In this document: one piece after another, positions 62,170-64,000 of the stretch | Numbering within the stretch: position 1 is the first letter of the stretch | How the letters are laid out: each line of letters begins with the position of its first letter | Assembly: GCA_905178155.1 (NCBI GenBank) | Contig: CAJINV010000002.1 | Span: 1,277,809-1,341,808, forward strand | DNA from: Amoebophrya sp. A120 | Lineage: Eukaryota; Protista; Dinoflagellata | Direction: 5' to 3' | Length of the DNA stretch: 64,000 nucleotides | The notes under the pieces: model-generated | Told to the model about the DNA's origin: nothing | Seen by the model: only the letters and a program-made list of their open reading frames with translations | The model's database searches: none | Position numbers and translations under genes: made by a program

Positions 62170-63900
62170 TCATTCAATATTACGACCCCTGATGTCGTGC
62201 ATACGGCTACGTGCTAAAGTTGAAAGTGTAACTGCAAGAAGCTGAAGCAGGATATTGCGCTAGTTTTTCTTTTATACATAGACGAATTCAGAGCAACTCC
62301 CTCAACCAACGAGTCATCACATGTTATTCATACCCCGCTCTCACACGACCCACAGATCAATGGTGCGTCCATCATGGAAACTTAAACTAGGTTTTTGCGG
62401 CGACGCTAAACAAGCAAAACGCTCTCCCTTTTTGTTTTTTATATTCATTCAATTGCGCCGAGCTAAACATAGTATGCACTTCTTCTACGAGAATCAACTG
62501 CTGCACTTTTTACGTCGTAACACCATGGAAACGAAAACAAATAACCCGGCACGCAGCCTTAGTTGGTGTAAGTAGGTACATGACTAAGCCGCACGCCCAT
62601 GGAGCACGAGCACGACGCAGAAGCCGCTTGCTCCTTCTGGTAGTAAGCACGAGGAAACAAAGGCTATGCAGCGGCAGCCACGGAAAGGCCCGCCCGGGAC
62701 GCACCGATGGCGCCAAGTAGACACACCGCGCCCCATCCCCCTGCCGGGCCGACATTGAGTAGCGCGGCGGGCGGAGAAATCAATGCAACTGCCGGCCGCA
62801 GATGAGGGGGTCGCGCCCCCATGGCCGGTGCGGAGGGGCACATCAAGGGCCGCCGAGCGGCACACAGGCCACACGGCGGGCCCCGCGCACCCCGCGCAAT
62901 CGCCCCGCTAAAATCGCGGGGGGGGCGAGCGTGGCAATGGGGCGCGCACGCCGCGCGCCCCGGCGGGTGTGGGCCACGATAAGAGAGGGCGGGCAGGGAG
63001 GCGCTTCCCGAAAAGCAATCCAAGCACGCGGAAGAGCGGCCGGCCCCCATACCGCAAACGGGTCCCGGTCCAGTAGACTAAAATGCGGGAGATGTCGTCC
63101 GCGGCCAGCTTTCCGCTTGCTCGATTCTCCGCCGCGCTGTGCTTCCGGTCCAGCGCGTTCGCCCGAATCATGTGGCCCGCGAAGGTCATGGTAGAGGATT
63201 CAAACCGTCGACGCACCGGGCCCCGCGGCCGCGGGGAGGAGACTGAAGCACTCCTGGCGCCTCTTCCACCATGATGTCACGACCCCTCATTGAGTATACT
63301 GGTAAGCGATGTGCGCATTGTCAGAGGTACGGGTAAGTGCCACCACCGTTGAACATGAAAATGCCAGAAACGGAGACAGGATATCGCGCTAGTTTTATTT
63401 TACGTAGACGAACTCAGAGAAACTCCCTCAACGAATGAACAATAACAAACTGACACGACGTCACATGTTATGCTGCATATCCCGCTCTCACACGACCCAC
63501 AGATCAATGGCGTCTTCATCATTGAAACTCGTTCTTTGAATAGACATCGACGAAGCAGGACGCCCTCTTCAACCTACCGCGTTGTAGACATGTTGCTGCT
63601 CTCGTTACGAAGCATGGAAGCGAAAACAAAGAACCCGGCGTCAGGCATTTGTTGGTCTGACTGGCGTCGGCGACTAAGGCCGCACGCCCATCCCCTTCCC
63701 CATGGCTAGAGCACGGGCAGGACATAAACACATCTTCCCTCAGCAACACGAGCAACCGAACAAATCCTGCACAGCGGCAACCGCGGGGCGGATCGCTCGG
63801 CGCGCAGCGGTGGGACCAAGACGCAACGCGCCACACCATTCTGCAAGGCCGGCAATGGCCGGCGCGGGGGGCGGAGAAATGCATTCTCTCACCTGGCGCC
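62170..63900 (+). repeat. Diverged tandem duplication of the upstream region of the large gene (~1.1-kb unit)
   Basis: Shared CCCGCTCTCACACGACCCACAGATCAATGG and other blocks; GGGCCCCGCGGCCGCGGGGAGGAGACTG (gene start, 61853) recurs at ~63218. Confidence 0.75.
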
Positions 63901-64000
63901 CACCGAGGGGGCCTCGTGTTCGTGCCCGGTGAGGAACGAAGAGCACCATACGGGAGGGCCGGCGGCAAACAGGCCACGGCCCCGCCTATGCCTCAGGCAG

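Overview
Eukaryotic genomic DNA, most likely a syndinian dinoflagellate. The intron architecture matches what I recall being described for Amoebophrya sp. A120; this taxonomic call is inference, not a database result. All ~12 intact genes are on the minus strand. The dominant feature is 43 short MITE-like elements (mostly 145-311 bp, six families A-F) inserted in coding sequence. Each has terminal inverted repeats (TIRs), almost always TAT...ATA, and a 5-bp direct repeat (DR; 29 perfect, 14 decayed). I traced each junction by hand: removing the element plus 5 nt rejoins the ORF fragments in frame in all 43 cases, without needing GT-AG. This rebuilds proteins of up to ~2,760 aa. The elements occur in both orientations. 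One has co-varying CAT...ATG ends, one carries a 2.3-kb nested insertion, and one site holds different elements in two paralogs. All families, plus four TIR-less GT-AG introns, share a TTGTCATGC/GCATGACAA-type motif. A second pattern is ~1-kb gene fragments captured between long (50-125 bp) direct repeats, including a perfectly conserved 32-bp hairpin repeat present five times. The window also holds two small families of predicted secreted proteins, a degenerate RING-H2 membrane protein, patchwork intergenic duplications and a probable assembly duplication at an N gap. No transposase or reverse transcriptase is encoded here.
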